Shown one piece after another: positions 1 through 13,155 of a stretch of DNA of 64,000 nt; position 1 is the stretch's first letter, and each line of letters starts with the position of its first letter. The position numbers and the translations under genes are program-made. The notes beneath the pieces were generated by a model that was not told the origin of the DNA, searched no databases, and was given only the letters and a program-made list of their open reading frames with translations. Origin of the DNA: an uncultured Thermoleophilia bacterium (lineage in GTDB: Bacteria; Actinomycetota; Thermoleophilia; UBA2241); contig CAVQSP010000014.1 of the NCBI GenBank assembly GCA_963715985.1, positions 416,001 to 480,000 on the forward strand, read 5' to 3'.

Positions 1-46
1 GCCGCGGCTTCCCCGCCACAACCTCCAGTTGGGTATTGGCGGGGGC

Positions 47-160
47 CAGCAGGCTGCTCGTCAGGTAGCAGCGACGGACAGCGAGACACGGGCCGCGTGC
101 CCTGGGCGGCCCGTGAGCGACGGCGGCGGGGCCGGCAGTCAGCCGGCCCCGCCGCTTTTC
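47..160 (+). repeat. Copy 1 of a ~113-nt triple-hairpin element ending in an intrinsic terminator
   Basis: Near-identical to 2394-2506. Stems 53-62/73-82, 87-96/106-115 and 122-136/142-156, followed by a short T-tract. Confidence 0.85.
122..160 (+). terminator. Rho-independent terminator
   Basis: GGCGGCGGGGCCGGC-agtca-GCCGGCCCCGCCGCT-TTTC: 15-bp GC-rich stem plus T-run. Confidence 0.75.
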
Positions 161-469
161 GCAAGGGGGCGGCGGCTCGGACGCCGCCGCCGTGACGCTG
201 CAGCCCCGCACCGCACCGCCGCTCGTGGGCCTGACCGGCGCGTCGCGGGTGGCCGAGCCGAGCGCGGGGCGCTGCCGGGAAGAGATGCGTCGGGGGCGTC
301 GAGAACACGACGGAGAACGGCTCATGGCGCTGCTGGCGCAGGAGCGCGCGTGCCGGGGGACGAATCTGTGTGTGGAGCCTCGGCTTCGCAGCGGTTGCCA
401 GGTTGCGTGGACTATTTCGCCCGCTGCGGGTAAGGTGACGAAGACAAACCCAGGAGGAGGTCGTGAGTG

Positions 470-2380
470 ATGAGGAGTTCAAGCAGCTCCGGTAGCGTGA
501 AGCGGTTGTGGCGCATCGGTGCCTTCGTCCTGCTGATCGCACTGCTCGCCGCCGGCGCCGCGTTCGCGGCCCCGGCCGCGCAGGCGCTGGGCAGCATCGA
601 GGGCACGCTCACGGCCGCCTCCGGTCCGGGCACCGGCAATGCGCTCGAGAACATCAGTGTCTACGCGTTCGACCCCGCCGACGTCTCCCCTACCGCGCTG
701 CCCAACCTGGCGCTTGCGGTCGACTCGGCCATGACCGGCGTCGACGGCAGGTACCATCTCGACGTCGCCAACGGCACCTACGCCGTCTGGTTCAGCGACG
801 GCCTCATGCAGCTGCCGCCGGTGCCGACGGTCAACGACTACGTCGCCCAGTGGTACCTGGGCGCGTCGCCGTTCGACGCCGCCAACCCCGGCTGGACGCC
901 GGTCGTCGTCAACGCCAACCTGAACACCCCCAACATCGACGACAGCCTCTACCAGGCCTGCATGATCTCGGGCACGGTCACGCCGAGCGTCGCCGGCATC
1001 GAGGTCTACCTCTGGTACCCCGAGATCGGCTGGACCTACAAGAACTGGGTCGAGAGCATCCAGAACGGTGCCGCCGGTGCGCCCATGCCCGCCGCGGTCA
1101 CTGACAGTGCCGGCTACTACCGATCACCCAGCTGAACCCGACCGGTGGTCCAGCCGGCCCGTCGGCCTACTGGGTCTACTTCCATGATCCCAGCGGTATG
1201 TACGCGCCCATGTGGCTCGGCGGGAACGCTCCGTGGGCTGGGCGGCACCGGCATCATTCAGCCCTTCGGCACAGGCCACGTCATCGGAGCAAGACGCCGC
1301 TCTGGCGCTCGGCGAGCTCCATCAGCGGCGCCGTGGACGGCGACCTCGGCTACGGTGGCCTGCAGGTCGACCTGGCGGGCGTCACGGTGCACGTCTTCGC
1401 GGACCCCTCTTTCATGATGGGCACGACGACGACGGACGAGTTTGGCAGGTACACCATCGGTGGTCTCCCGCCCAACGCCCAGGGATACAAGGTGAAGTTC
1501 GATGTTGATCCACCACATGCGTACACCGGCGAGTACTACAGCGAGTGGTGGAACAACCACCCCACTGGGGCGACGGCCGACTTCATCCCGATCGCCCACG
1601 GCGGCATCAACATCGCGGGGATCTACGCCCTCCTCCAGCCGAAACCGTGGCTGAGTTGGATCCATCCCGAGTCGGCCGCCAACGACGGCCCCAACCGCTT
1701 CGCGACCGAGGTCACGATGGGCGGCTGGGGTTCGGACTTCATCAGCAGCATCTGGCTCGAGCAGCAGGCCAGCCCCAACCGCGTGATCTACGCGTACGAC
1801 TGGTGGTACGAGGTCGGGGACATGGGCGAGGAGACGGTCCACGCCCTCTTCAACCTCGCCACGCCGCTGGCCCCCACCGGCATGTACCGCCTGGGCTGGT
1901 CGCACTACGACCCGTGGGACAATCACTGGAGTTACTGCGACCGACAACGCCTTCTGGGTGCTGAGCAGCTACGTGCCCATGCCGCCGGTGACGCCGACCC
2001 CGCTGCCGGCCGTGCCGGTCCCGGCCGTGCCCGCCGCCCCGGCCCCGGCTCCGGCCCCGGTCGTCACCCCGACCCCGGCCCCGCAGCCGGTCGCCGGTGA
2101 CATCACCACCGTGGCCTACGCGGCCAGCGTCAAGAAGGGCAAGATCGCGACCCTCAAGTATCGCGTCAACGAGGCTGTCCTCGGTGGCACCGCTGCCGTG
2201 AAGATCCAGGTCACGAACGCTGCCGGCGCCGTGGTGAAGAACATCACGGTCGCTGCTGCGCCGATGAACCAGGACAACAGCGTCGCCTTCAAGTGCAACT
2301 TCAAGAAGGGCACCTACAAGTACACCGTGACCGCTGCGAACGGTAAGAACGTCGCTTCGGCCACGCTGAAGGTCAAGTAG
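470..2380 (+). CDS. Secreted/surface protein: signal peptide, about three carboxypeptidase-regulatory-like (Cna-B-type) beta repeats, Pro-rich linker and basic C-terminal beta domain; split by about 4 frameshifts
   Basis: SD AGGAGG upstream. Signal peptide ...LLIALLAAGAAFAAPAAQA. Repeated GSIEGT/ISGTV/ISGAV, DGRY/AGYY/FGRY and Y-x-x-x-W motifs across ORFs 467-1135 and 1198-2100. ORF 1958-2380 has a PVTPTPLPAVP linker and a Lys-rich terminal domain. Confidence 0.75.
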
Positions 2381-2393
2381 GATACACGGCCTC

Positions 2394-2506
2394 CAACAGG
2401 CTGTCCGTCAGCCAGCAGCGACGGACAGCGAGGCGCGGGCCGCGCGCCCTGAGCGGCCCGTGAGCGAGAGCGGCGGGGCCGGCGTGAGCCGGCCCCGCCG
2501 CTTCTC
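2394..2506 (+). repeat. Copy 2 of the triple-hairpin element, 13 nt after the surface-protein stop codon
   Basis: Stems 2400-2409/2420-2429 (perfect), 2434-2443/2453-2462 and 2469-2483/2488-2502. Aligns with 47-160. Confidence 0.85.
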
Positions 2507-2507
2507 G
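2469..2507 (+). terminator. Intrinsic terminator-like hairpin of the surface-protein gene
   Basis: AGCGGCGGGGCCGGC-gtga-GCCGGCCCCGCCGCT-TCTC; the U-tract is weak. Confidence 0.65.
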
Positions 2508-2930
2508 TGTGAGGCGGAGCACGCGTGCCGCGGCCGTCACGCCTCGTACTCTTCATCGCGCCGCCGGTGGTCGCATCAGCGGGGACGGCCTTGTCACCCC
2601 GGCTCACTTCGCCTGATCGAGCGCGAGGAGGGGCGCAGGCGAGGCTCGGGCGGCGCGGCGGAGCGCCCCCTCTCGCTCGCGTCCCGGTTCCTGGCGACTG
2701 TCTCTTGCCGACGTCGCCAGCGGTCAATCAGGTGTGGTGGCCCAAGGGAACGAGGAGGGGCGATGTCTGGGCGGCGTTCCTCGTCTACGGGGTGTCGGGC
2801 CCCTTGAAACTGCGACCGTCCCCGCGGATTCGCACTACCCTGTCCGGGTACGCGTGATCCTCGCGTGAGGGGGTGGATCAGGGCGCTGCGCAGGGTTAGG
2901 CACTCCAAGACGGCGGGTAGAAGCTTGCCG

Positions 2931-3801
2931 ATGGAGCAGCCGGACGACACCCTCGAGACTCCCGCGTCCTCAGAGGCCACCCTCGCAGAGGCTGGGCCGG
3001 CTGCCGTCTTTGACCGTGTGGCTGCGGCCCTCGACGCGCACGACAAGCCCACCGCCGTCCGCACTGCCGTCGAGGCGGTGACGTCCGGGTACATCACGAT
3101 CCCCGAGCTCTACCGCGACGTGCTGACGTCCATCCTGGCCGCGACCGGCGCCGCCTGGCAGCGCGGGACGGTGGCCATCTGGGAGGAGCACCTGGCCAGC
3201 GCCACGGTGCGGACGATCGTCGAGATCCTGTATCCCGGCGTGCTCAAGGCCAAGGCCGAGGCCCCCGACGTCGGGCGCTCCGTGCTCCTCGCCTGCCCGC
3301 CCGAGGAGTCCCACGACCTCGGGCTGCGCATGGTCACCGATCGCTTCGACATGGCCGGATGGACAACGTACTTCCTCGGCCCGGACACGCCCGTGGAGGA
3401 GATCGCGGACGCGGCGGGGCGCCTCGGCGTGCACGCCATCGTCATGAGCTCCTCCACGCACTTCCACCGGCTTGCGGTGCGCCACGCGGTGGACTACCTG
3501 AAGCATGTGCTGCCCAACGTAGACGTGTGGGTGGGCGGCCCGGCCTTCGTGGGCGCGGTCACCGGGTGGCTGCCTCAGGAGATCGTGGACCTGGACGAGC
3601 TGCTCGGCGACCAGGCGCCCCGGGAGGACGTCGCGATGCGCCGGCGAAGACGCCGATCTCGCGAGCGAGGCGACCGAGGAGACCGGAGAAGAGGCCGCCG
3701 AGGACGGCACCGCGCCGGCCGCGGACGAGGCCGCGCCTGAAGCCCCTGAGGGCGTGGCCCCCGGGGACGCGGCCGCTGACGAGCCTGTCGCGGAGGACTG
3801 A
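2931..3801 (+). CDS. Stand-alone cobalamin (B12)-binding protein (B12-binding_2 + B12-binding domains) with acidic C-terminal tail; frameshift near 3640
   Basis: W-x9-EH (WQRGTVAIWEEH), ExHxxG (ESHDLG), SxT and VWVGG motifs. The shifted frame reads GEDADLASEATEE...VAED* and ends 3 nt before the next ATG. Confidence 0.8.
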
Positions 3802-3804
3802 CCG

Positions 3805-4945
3805 ATGCTCAGTTTCAGCATCGCCGTCCGCTTCCTGCGCAAGAGCCCCGTGCAGTCCATCCTCATCGCCGCCGGTATCGCCGTGGGCATCGGCGTGCAG
3901 GTCTTTCTGGGCTCGCTGATCATCGGGCTGCAGGACAGCCTGGTGGACCAGACCATCGGCAGCAGTCCCCAGGTCACCGTGCAGGCGAAGGCGCAGGGGA
4001 GTCCGGTCGACTACACGACACAGGTCAAGGACGCCATCGCGGCCCAGTCGCAGATCACCACCCAGGTCCCCGTGCGCCAGTTCTCCGCCATCCTCAAGCA
4101 GGGGGCAGACACCGTGCCGCTGCAACTCACCGGCGGTGACCTCGCGCAGCTGAACACCATCTACGACTTGAGCGGCAAGGTCGTGAGCGGCACGGCGAGC
4201 CTCACCGGCCCGGACATCGTGCTGGGCAACGACCTCGCCGAGAAGTACGGCCATCAAGCCGGGTCAGACGGTGTCTCTGGTGTTGCCCAACGGGAAGCCC
4301 ATCGACGAGAGGCTCGCCGCCACCGTGGACTTCGGCTCGTCGCAGGCCAACCTCAGCCTCGGGTTCACCTCGGCCGAGGTGGCGCAGCAGGTGCTGGGCT
4401 ACACGGGCGACCAGTACTCCGAGATCCAGACGCAGGTGACCAACGTGTTCGACTCGGTGCAGGTCGCAGACAGCCTGCAGGCTGAGCCGGCCCTGCAGGG
4501 ACTGAAGGTCACCGAGTGGCAGGCGGAGAACCAGGACCTGCTGTCGGCCCTGCAGTCGCAGAGCAGCTCGAGCTACACGATCCAGTTCTTCGTGCTGGTG
4601 GCCGTGGCGCTGGGCATCGCCTCCACGCTCGCCATCTCGGCCGTGCAGAAGACCCGCCAGATCGGCATCCTCAAGGCCATGGGCATGCGCGACCGCCAGG
4701 CCGGCCGCATCTTCCTCTGGCAGGCCGCCCTCCTGGGTCTGTGTGGCGCCGGGGCCGGGGTGGTCGTGGGTGTCGGGCTCATCAGTCTGTTCTCGCTCAC
4801 GGGCGGCAGCTTCACCTTCGGTCCCAAGCCCGGCTTCACAGCCATCTCCTTCGTCGTCGGCGTGCTCGTGGCGCTGGCCTCGTCGCTGATCCCGTCGCGC
4901 CGCACGTCGAAGCTCGACCCCATCGAGGTGATCCAGGGTGGCTGA
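3805..4945 (+). CDS. ABC transporter permease, MacB/FtsX/LolE family; frameshift near 4260
   Basis: N-terminal TM (GIAVGIGVQVFLGSLI), extracytoplasmic domain, QKTRQIGILKAMG and C-terminal IPSRRTSKLDPIEVI motifs. Confidence 0.85.
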
Positions 4946-5646
4946 CGTCCTTCTGCAGGCGGAGGGCATCGGGAAGACGTATGGCACCGCGGTGCAGACC
5001 GTGGCGCTCAGCGACGTCAGCTTCGAGCTCCACGGCGGCGAGTTCGCCTCGGTCATCGGCCAGTCCGGCTCGGGCAAGTCGACGCTGCTGAATCTCATCG
5101 GCCTGCTGGATACTCCGAGCGCCGGACGCGTGGTGCTCAACGGCCACGACACGGCGGCGGCCACCCGCAAGCAGCGGGCCGCCCTGCGCAACGACTTCAT
5201 CGGCTTCGTCTTCCAGTTCCACTACCTGCTGCCGGAGTTCACGGTGCTGGAGAACGTGATGATGCCCGGCCGCATCGCCGGCGTGAACGTGTCGGAGCTC
5301 AAGCCGAGGGCCGAGGAGTCGCTGGCGCTGCTCGGCCTGGAGGGCCTGGAGAAGAAGGGCGCCAACGACCTCTCCGGCGGGCAGAAGCAGCGCGTGGCCA
5401 TCGCTCGCGCGCTGATGAACCGGCCCGCCCTCCTGCTCGCCGACGAGCCCACGGGCAACCTCGACACGGTCAATACCAAGGCCGTGTACAAGCTCTTCCG
5501 CGGAGCTCAACGAAGAGCTCGGCACGGCCTTCGTGATCGTCACGCACGACCGCAGCGTCGCCCAGCAGACCGACCGCATCCTCGAGGTCCAGGACGGCCG
5601 GCTTCAGCAGGACGTGCGCAACGGGTACATCGCGCCGCAGGCCTGA
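4938..5646 (+). CDS. ABC transporter ATP-binding protein, LolD/MacB type; frameshift near 5500
   Basis: Walker [36 protein letters not shown]-loop VTHD is in the shifted frame, stop at 5644-5646. Confidence 0.9.
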
Positions 5647-5722
5647 GCCGGCGGGCAGCGGCGGCACAGGCTTCGCCCAGATCGCCGCGCCGGATCGCCC
5701 GTGTGACTGCCGCAAACGAAGG

Positions 5723-5731
5723 TGGTATCCT
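5723..5731 (+). promoter_or_regulatory. Extended -10 promoter for the tRNA-tig transcript
   Basis: TGGTATCCT matches TGnTAnnnT about 60 nt upstream of tRNA-His. Confidence 0.55.
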
Positions 5732-5789
5732 TTGACGTCGCCGCACGGCCGAGGCGCGTGCGTGTCCGGGGGGTGCGGCGCAGACCGGT

Positions 5790-5866
5790 GGTGGACGTAG
5801 CTCAGTTGGTAGAGCTCCAGGTTGTGGCCCTGGCGGTCGCGGGTTCAAGTCCCGTCGTTCACCCCA
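5790..5866 (+). tRNA. tRNA-His (GTG)
   Basis: Cloverleaf with acceptor GTGGACG/CGTTCAC, G-1 and C73, anticodon arm CCAGG-TTGTGGC-CCTGG, T-loop TTCAAGT and encoded CCA. Confidence 0.97.
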
Positions 5867-5917
5867 TCCACGCGATGCACCGGCCGGCGCGAGCGCCGGC
5901 CGTCGACGTTAACGCGT

Positions 5918-6003
5918 GCGGGTGTGGCGGAACTGGTAGACGCGCTAGACTTAGGATCTGGTGAGCTCTGCTCGTGGAGGTTCAAGTCCTCTCACCCGCA
6001 CCA
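5918..6003 (+). tRNA. tRNA-Leu (TAG)
   Basis: Acceptor GCGGGTG/CACCCGC, anticodon loop CTTAGGA, long variable arm, TTCAAGT, discriminator A plus CCA. Confidence 0.97.
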
Positions 6004-6087
6004 CAGGCTCAAGCCTGGACCCCCGCACGGACCATAGAGCGGGCGGCGCGCGGCTCAGCCGCCCGGCCAACAGACGGAGAACACACA

Positions 6088-7521
6088 GTGAAGACGAAGG
6101 TCGAACCCACAGGCGAGAACGAGGTCCAGCTCAGCGTCGAGGTCCCCGCCGACGACGTGAGGAGGGCCTACGACCGCGCGGTGGCCAAGGTCCGCAGCGA
6201 GCTCCAGCTGCCGGGCTTCCGCAAGGGCCGCGTGCCCGTCACGCTGGTCGTACAACAGTTCGGCGTGGACTATCTCCGCGCCGAGGCGCTCGAAGACGCC
6301 ATCCCCGAGTGGGGCGACGAAGCCTTGCACGAGGCGGACCTGTACGAGAACGCCGTCGGCACCTCGGACCTCCAGGCAGGACCGCTGGATGAGGCGGCCG
6401 ACTACACGTTCACCATCAAGGTGCAGACGATGCCGGTGCCCGAGCTCGGCGCGTACAAGGGCCTGCGCGTGCCCAAGCGCGCGGTCGAGGTCACGGACGA
6501 GCAGGTGGAGGCGCAGCTCGCCATGCTGCAGGAGCGGCTTGCCAAGCTGCAGCCGGTCGAGGACCGCGCCGTGCGCAAGGGCGACTTCGTGCTCATGGAC
6601 TTCGCCGGTACGCAGGACGGCGAGCCCATCGAGGGGGCCGAGGGCAAGGACCAGATGTACGAGATCGGCAGTGGCAACCTCATCCCGGGCTTCGAGGAGG
6701 CCGTCCAGGGCGTCATGCACGGCGAGGAGAAGATGTTCGACATCACCTTCCCGGACGACTACCACGCCGAGGACCTCGCCGGCAAGGCCGCCAGCTTCAC
6801 CGTGACCGTCAAGGAGATCAAGGAGAAGATCGTCCCCGATCTGGACGACGCCTTCGCCGTCGATGTGAGCGAGTTCGAGACGATGGACGAGCTGCGCGCG
6901 GACGTGCGTGCGCGCCTCGAGGCGGCCATACAGGCCGGCGTGCGCCGCGAGTTCCGCGCCGCCGCCGTGGACAAGGCGGTCGAGAACGCCACCGTCGAGG
7001 TGCCGTCCACGATGATCGACCGCGAGGCCCACCACCTCTACCACGAGCTCGAGGAGAACGTGGGCGAGCGCGGCCTCACCATGGAGGTCTACCTCGGCGT
7101 GCTCGCCAAGAGCCCCGAGGACGTGGAGCAGGAGCTGCGCCCGCAGGCCGAGCACGCCATCAAGAGGCGTCTCGTGCTGGAGTGCATCGCCGAGGCGGAG
7201 GGCCTCGAGATCGGCGACGATGAGATGCTCGAGTTGATCAAGACCGACGCCGCCGCCCTCGGCCGCGACCCGCTGCAGCTCATCGCCGATCTGCGCGAAT
7301 CGGGCAGGCAAGAGGCCGTACGCGCCGAAATGCTACTGGCCAAGACCGTCGACCTGGTGGCCGACGCGGCGGTGCCGGTGCCGCTCACGGAAGAGGAGGA
7401 GGCGGCCGAGGAGGACGCCGCCGACGCGGCCGAACCGGACGACGCCGAGCCTGAAGAGGCGGCGGCGGCCGAGGCCGCCGAAGAGGCGGCCGCAGACGAC
7501 GCAGACCCGGCCGCCGGCTGA
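6088..7521 (+). CDS. tig: Trigger factor
   Basis: [10 protein letters not shown] ribosome-binding loop and FKBP domain ([19 protein letters not shown]). GTG start after GGAGA; acidic tail. Confidence 0.95.
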   Translation: MKTKVEPTGENEVQLSVEVPADDVRRAYDRAVAKVRSELQLPGFRKGRVPVTLVVQQFGVDYLRAEALEDAIPEWGDEALHEADLYENAVGTSDLQAGPLDEAADYTFTIKVQTMPVPELGAYKGLRVPKRAVEVTDEQVEAQLAMLQERLAKLQPVEDRAVRKGDFVLMDFAGTQDGEPIEGAEGKDQMYEIGSGNLIPGFEEAVQGVMHGEEKMFDITFPDDYHAEDLAGKAASFTVTVKEIKEKIVPDLDDAFAVDVSEFETMDELRADVRARLEAAIQAGVRREFRAAAVDKAVENATVEVPSTMIDREAHHLYHELEENVGERGLTMEVYLGVLAKSPEDVEQELRPQAEHAIKRRLVLECIAEAEGLEIGDDEMLELIKTDAAALGRDPLQLIADLRESGRQEAVRAEMLLAKTVDLVADAAVPVPLTEEEEAAEEDAADAAEPDDAEPEEAAAAEAAEEAAADDADPAAG

Positions 7522-7577
7522 CGTTTTGGCGCGGGAAACACCAGTGGGACAGTATCGATACCGGGAAGGGTGAGCAC

Positions 7578-8163
7578 GTGACACCACTTGTACCGTTCGT
7601 GATCGAACAGACCAGCCGCGGCGAGCGCTCGTTCGACATCTTCAGCAGGTTGCTCAACGAGCGCGTCATCTTCCTCGGCACGCCCGTCAACGACGACGTG
7701 GCCAACCTCATCGTGGCGCAGCTGATCCATCTGGAGTCGGACGACCCGGACAAGGACATCAGCCTGTATATCAACAGCCCCGGCGGTTCCGTGTACGCCG
7801 GCCTTGCCATCTACGACACGATGCAGTTCATCAAGCCCGACGTCAGCACCATCTGCGTCGGCAGCGCCATGAGCATGGGGGCGCTGCTGCTCGCCGGCGG
7901 GCGCCAAGGGCAAGCGCTTCGCGCTGCCCAACGCGCGTATCCTCATCCACCAGATCATGGGCGGCTACGAGGGCCAGGCCACCGACATCGAGATCCACGC
8001 CAAAGAGGTCATCGACCTGCGCAAGCGGCTCGACGAGATCCTCGCCGACCACACCGGTCAGCCGCCCGAGCAGGTGCGCAAGGACACGGAGCGCGACAAC
8101 TTCATGTCCGCGGCGGAGGCCAGAGAGTACGGCATCATCGACGACGTCATCGCCCACAGGTAG
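7578..8163 (+). CDS. clpP: ATP-dependent Clp protease proteolytic subunit; frameshift near 7900
   Basis: [20 protein letters not shown], catalytic Ser in AMSMG. ILIHQ and ERDNFMSA...YGIID are in the shifted frame. Confidence 0.93.
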
Positions 8164-8197
8164 GCGGGCGAGGCGCGGCAGCGAGAAGGAGCGAGAG

Positions 8198-12018
<3,821 letters not shown>

Positions 12019-12031
12019 GGAGAGCTCCACC

Positions 12032-12220
12032 ATGGGTGAAGAACACAACCATCAGACGCCTGGTTCCACCGAGGAGCCCGGTGTCGATGCCGGCACCGGC
12101 AAGCTCGAGCCGCACTGCTCGGCGTGCGGCACCACCATCGAGGGCTCGGACGAGTTCTGCCAGGTGTGTGCCATCGAGGCCAGCGGCGGGGAGCTGCCGC
12201 CCGAGGAAGACGAGAAGTAG
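12032..12220 (+). CDS. Small acidic zinc-ribbon protein (62 aa)
   Basis: SD GAGGAG before the ATG; CSAC-x10-CQVC; followed by a strong hairpin. Confidence 0.7.
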   Translation: MGEEHNHQTPGSTEEPGVDAGTGKLEPHCSACGTTIEGSDEFCQVCAIEASGGELPPEEDEK

Positions 12221-12260
12221 GACCGCGCGCGGCCCTGGAGGCCGCCGGGGTCTTCTGCTG

Positions 12261-12306
12261 TGAGACGGGGGGCGGCGACGCGTATGCGTCGCCGCCCCCC
12301 GTCTCA
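12261..12306. terminator. Perfect 21-bp hairpin between convergent genes (likely bidirectional terminator)
   Basis: TGAGACGGGGGGCGGCGACGC-gtat-GCGTCGCCGCCCCCCGTCTCA. Confidence 0.8.
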
Positions 12307-12343
12307 TTCAGCGCCGCTCGCGCCCTCACGGCCCGCGCGCTCG

Positions 12344-12913
12344 TCAGTCGCTCGCGTCCGTCACGTCGTCGCCGTCGTCCGACTCCTGCGCCAGCGCCGC
12401 GCGCACGCCGGCGATCCTGTCGTGCGGGCCGAGCCAGCGGCGCGGCTTGTCCGGGTCGGCCTCGGTCCAGGGGCGTTCCGCGCGCATCGGTAGGGCGTCG
12501 CGCGTGGCGTCGCGGTCGACCATGGCCAGTACACCGTGCGCGTCGTGCGCCAGCTGGATGCGCCGCGCGTACCCGTTGGACAGGCGCGGTCCGGGCACCG
12601 CGACCGCCTGCTCGGCCCAGGTGCGGGCGAAGGCGAGCATGGCGGTCGCGAGCTCCAGGCGCGCCTCGTCCAGCGTGGCGCCGGAGACGTGCAGGCCGAT
12701 CTCGGGCAGCCAGAGCTCGGTGGCGCTCTCGCCGACGGTGGCCGTGGGCCGGAAGGGGTAGCAGCCGCCGAGCAGGTCGATGAGCTCGTCCACACCGGCC
12801 ACCACGGCGTCGCCGCGCTCACCGTGCCCGACGAGCTGCCACTCGCCGCGCTGCGCGCCGTCGTAGAGCACCTGGAAGTGCCTGCCGGCCTCGCCTGTCT
12901 CCCATACCTCCAC
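12344..12913 (-). CDS. Antitoxin-like protein (Phd/YefM-like N-terminus plus HicB-like domain), no adjacent toxin
   Basis: The only credible minus-strand gene. SD GAGGAG then GTG; TACAAT -10 at 12978-12983 (minus). LWLPEIGLHVSGATLDEARLEL resembles a HicB-like fold. Confidence 0.6.
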   Translation of the reverse strand: MEVWETGEAGRHFQVLYDGAQRGEWQLVGHGERGDAVVAGVDELIDLLGGCYPFRPTATVGESATELWLPEIGLHVSGATLDEARLELATAMLAFARTWAEQAVAVPGPRLSNGYARRIQLAHDAHGVLAMVDRDATRDALPMRAERPWTEADPDKPRRWLGPHDRIAGVRAALAQESDDGDDVTDASD

Positions 12914-13061
12914 GGGCACTCCTCACTGTGCGGGGACTGTTCTCTCCGCCCACGGGCGGGCGGGTCGTGCGCGACGGATTGTACACGGACGGGACGGCTC
13001 TGCGGAGCAGCTGCGCATCGCGCGCCTGCTCCGTGGTTCGGCAGTGCCGCTCCCCGCTCGG

Positions 13062-13067
13062 TATACT
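13062..13067 (+). promoter_or_regulatory. -10 element for valS
   Basis: TATACT about 90 nt upstream of the valS ATG, divergent from the TACAAT of the minus-strand gene. Confidence 0.55.
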
Positions 13068-13155
13068 GGCGCGTGGCCGCGGGCGGCGGAGCCGGCCGCG
13101 GCCCGGACAGGCGTGAGCGCCGTCCGGACGCTCAGCCCTGGATTGCCGAGGCCTC

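Noticed and set aside
192-470. 92-aa ORF upstream of the surface-protein gene
   Set aside because: No SD, no recognisable motif, and it overlaps the promoter/SD region of the next gene.
2389-2515. Integron attC-like reading of the repeat (CTCCAAC after the stop codon, GTGAGGC at the end)
   Set aside because: Neither end matches RYYYAAC/GTTRRRY exactly, copy 1 lacks them, the fold is three hairpins rather than one, and no integrase is in the window.
2730-2900. Cobalamin riboswitch upstream of the B12-binding gene
   Set aside because: Only AAGGGAA is present; the CCCGC-ACTGT, GCCACTG and B12-box elements are not recognisable.
5790-6003. tRNA-anchored genomic island or prophage
   Set aside because: No integrase and no duplicated tRNA 3' end; tig follows directly.
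12920-13155. T-box riboswitch upstream of valS
   Set aside because: The leader is too short and lacks the T-box and stem I motifs.
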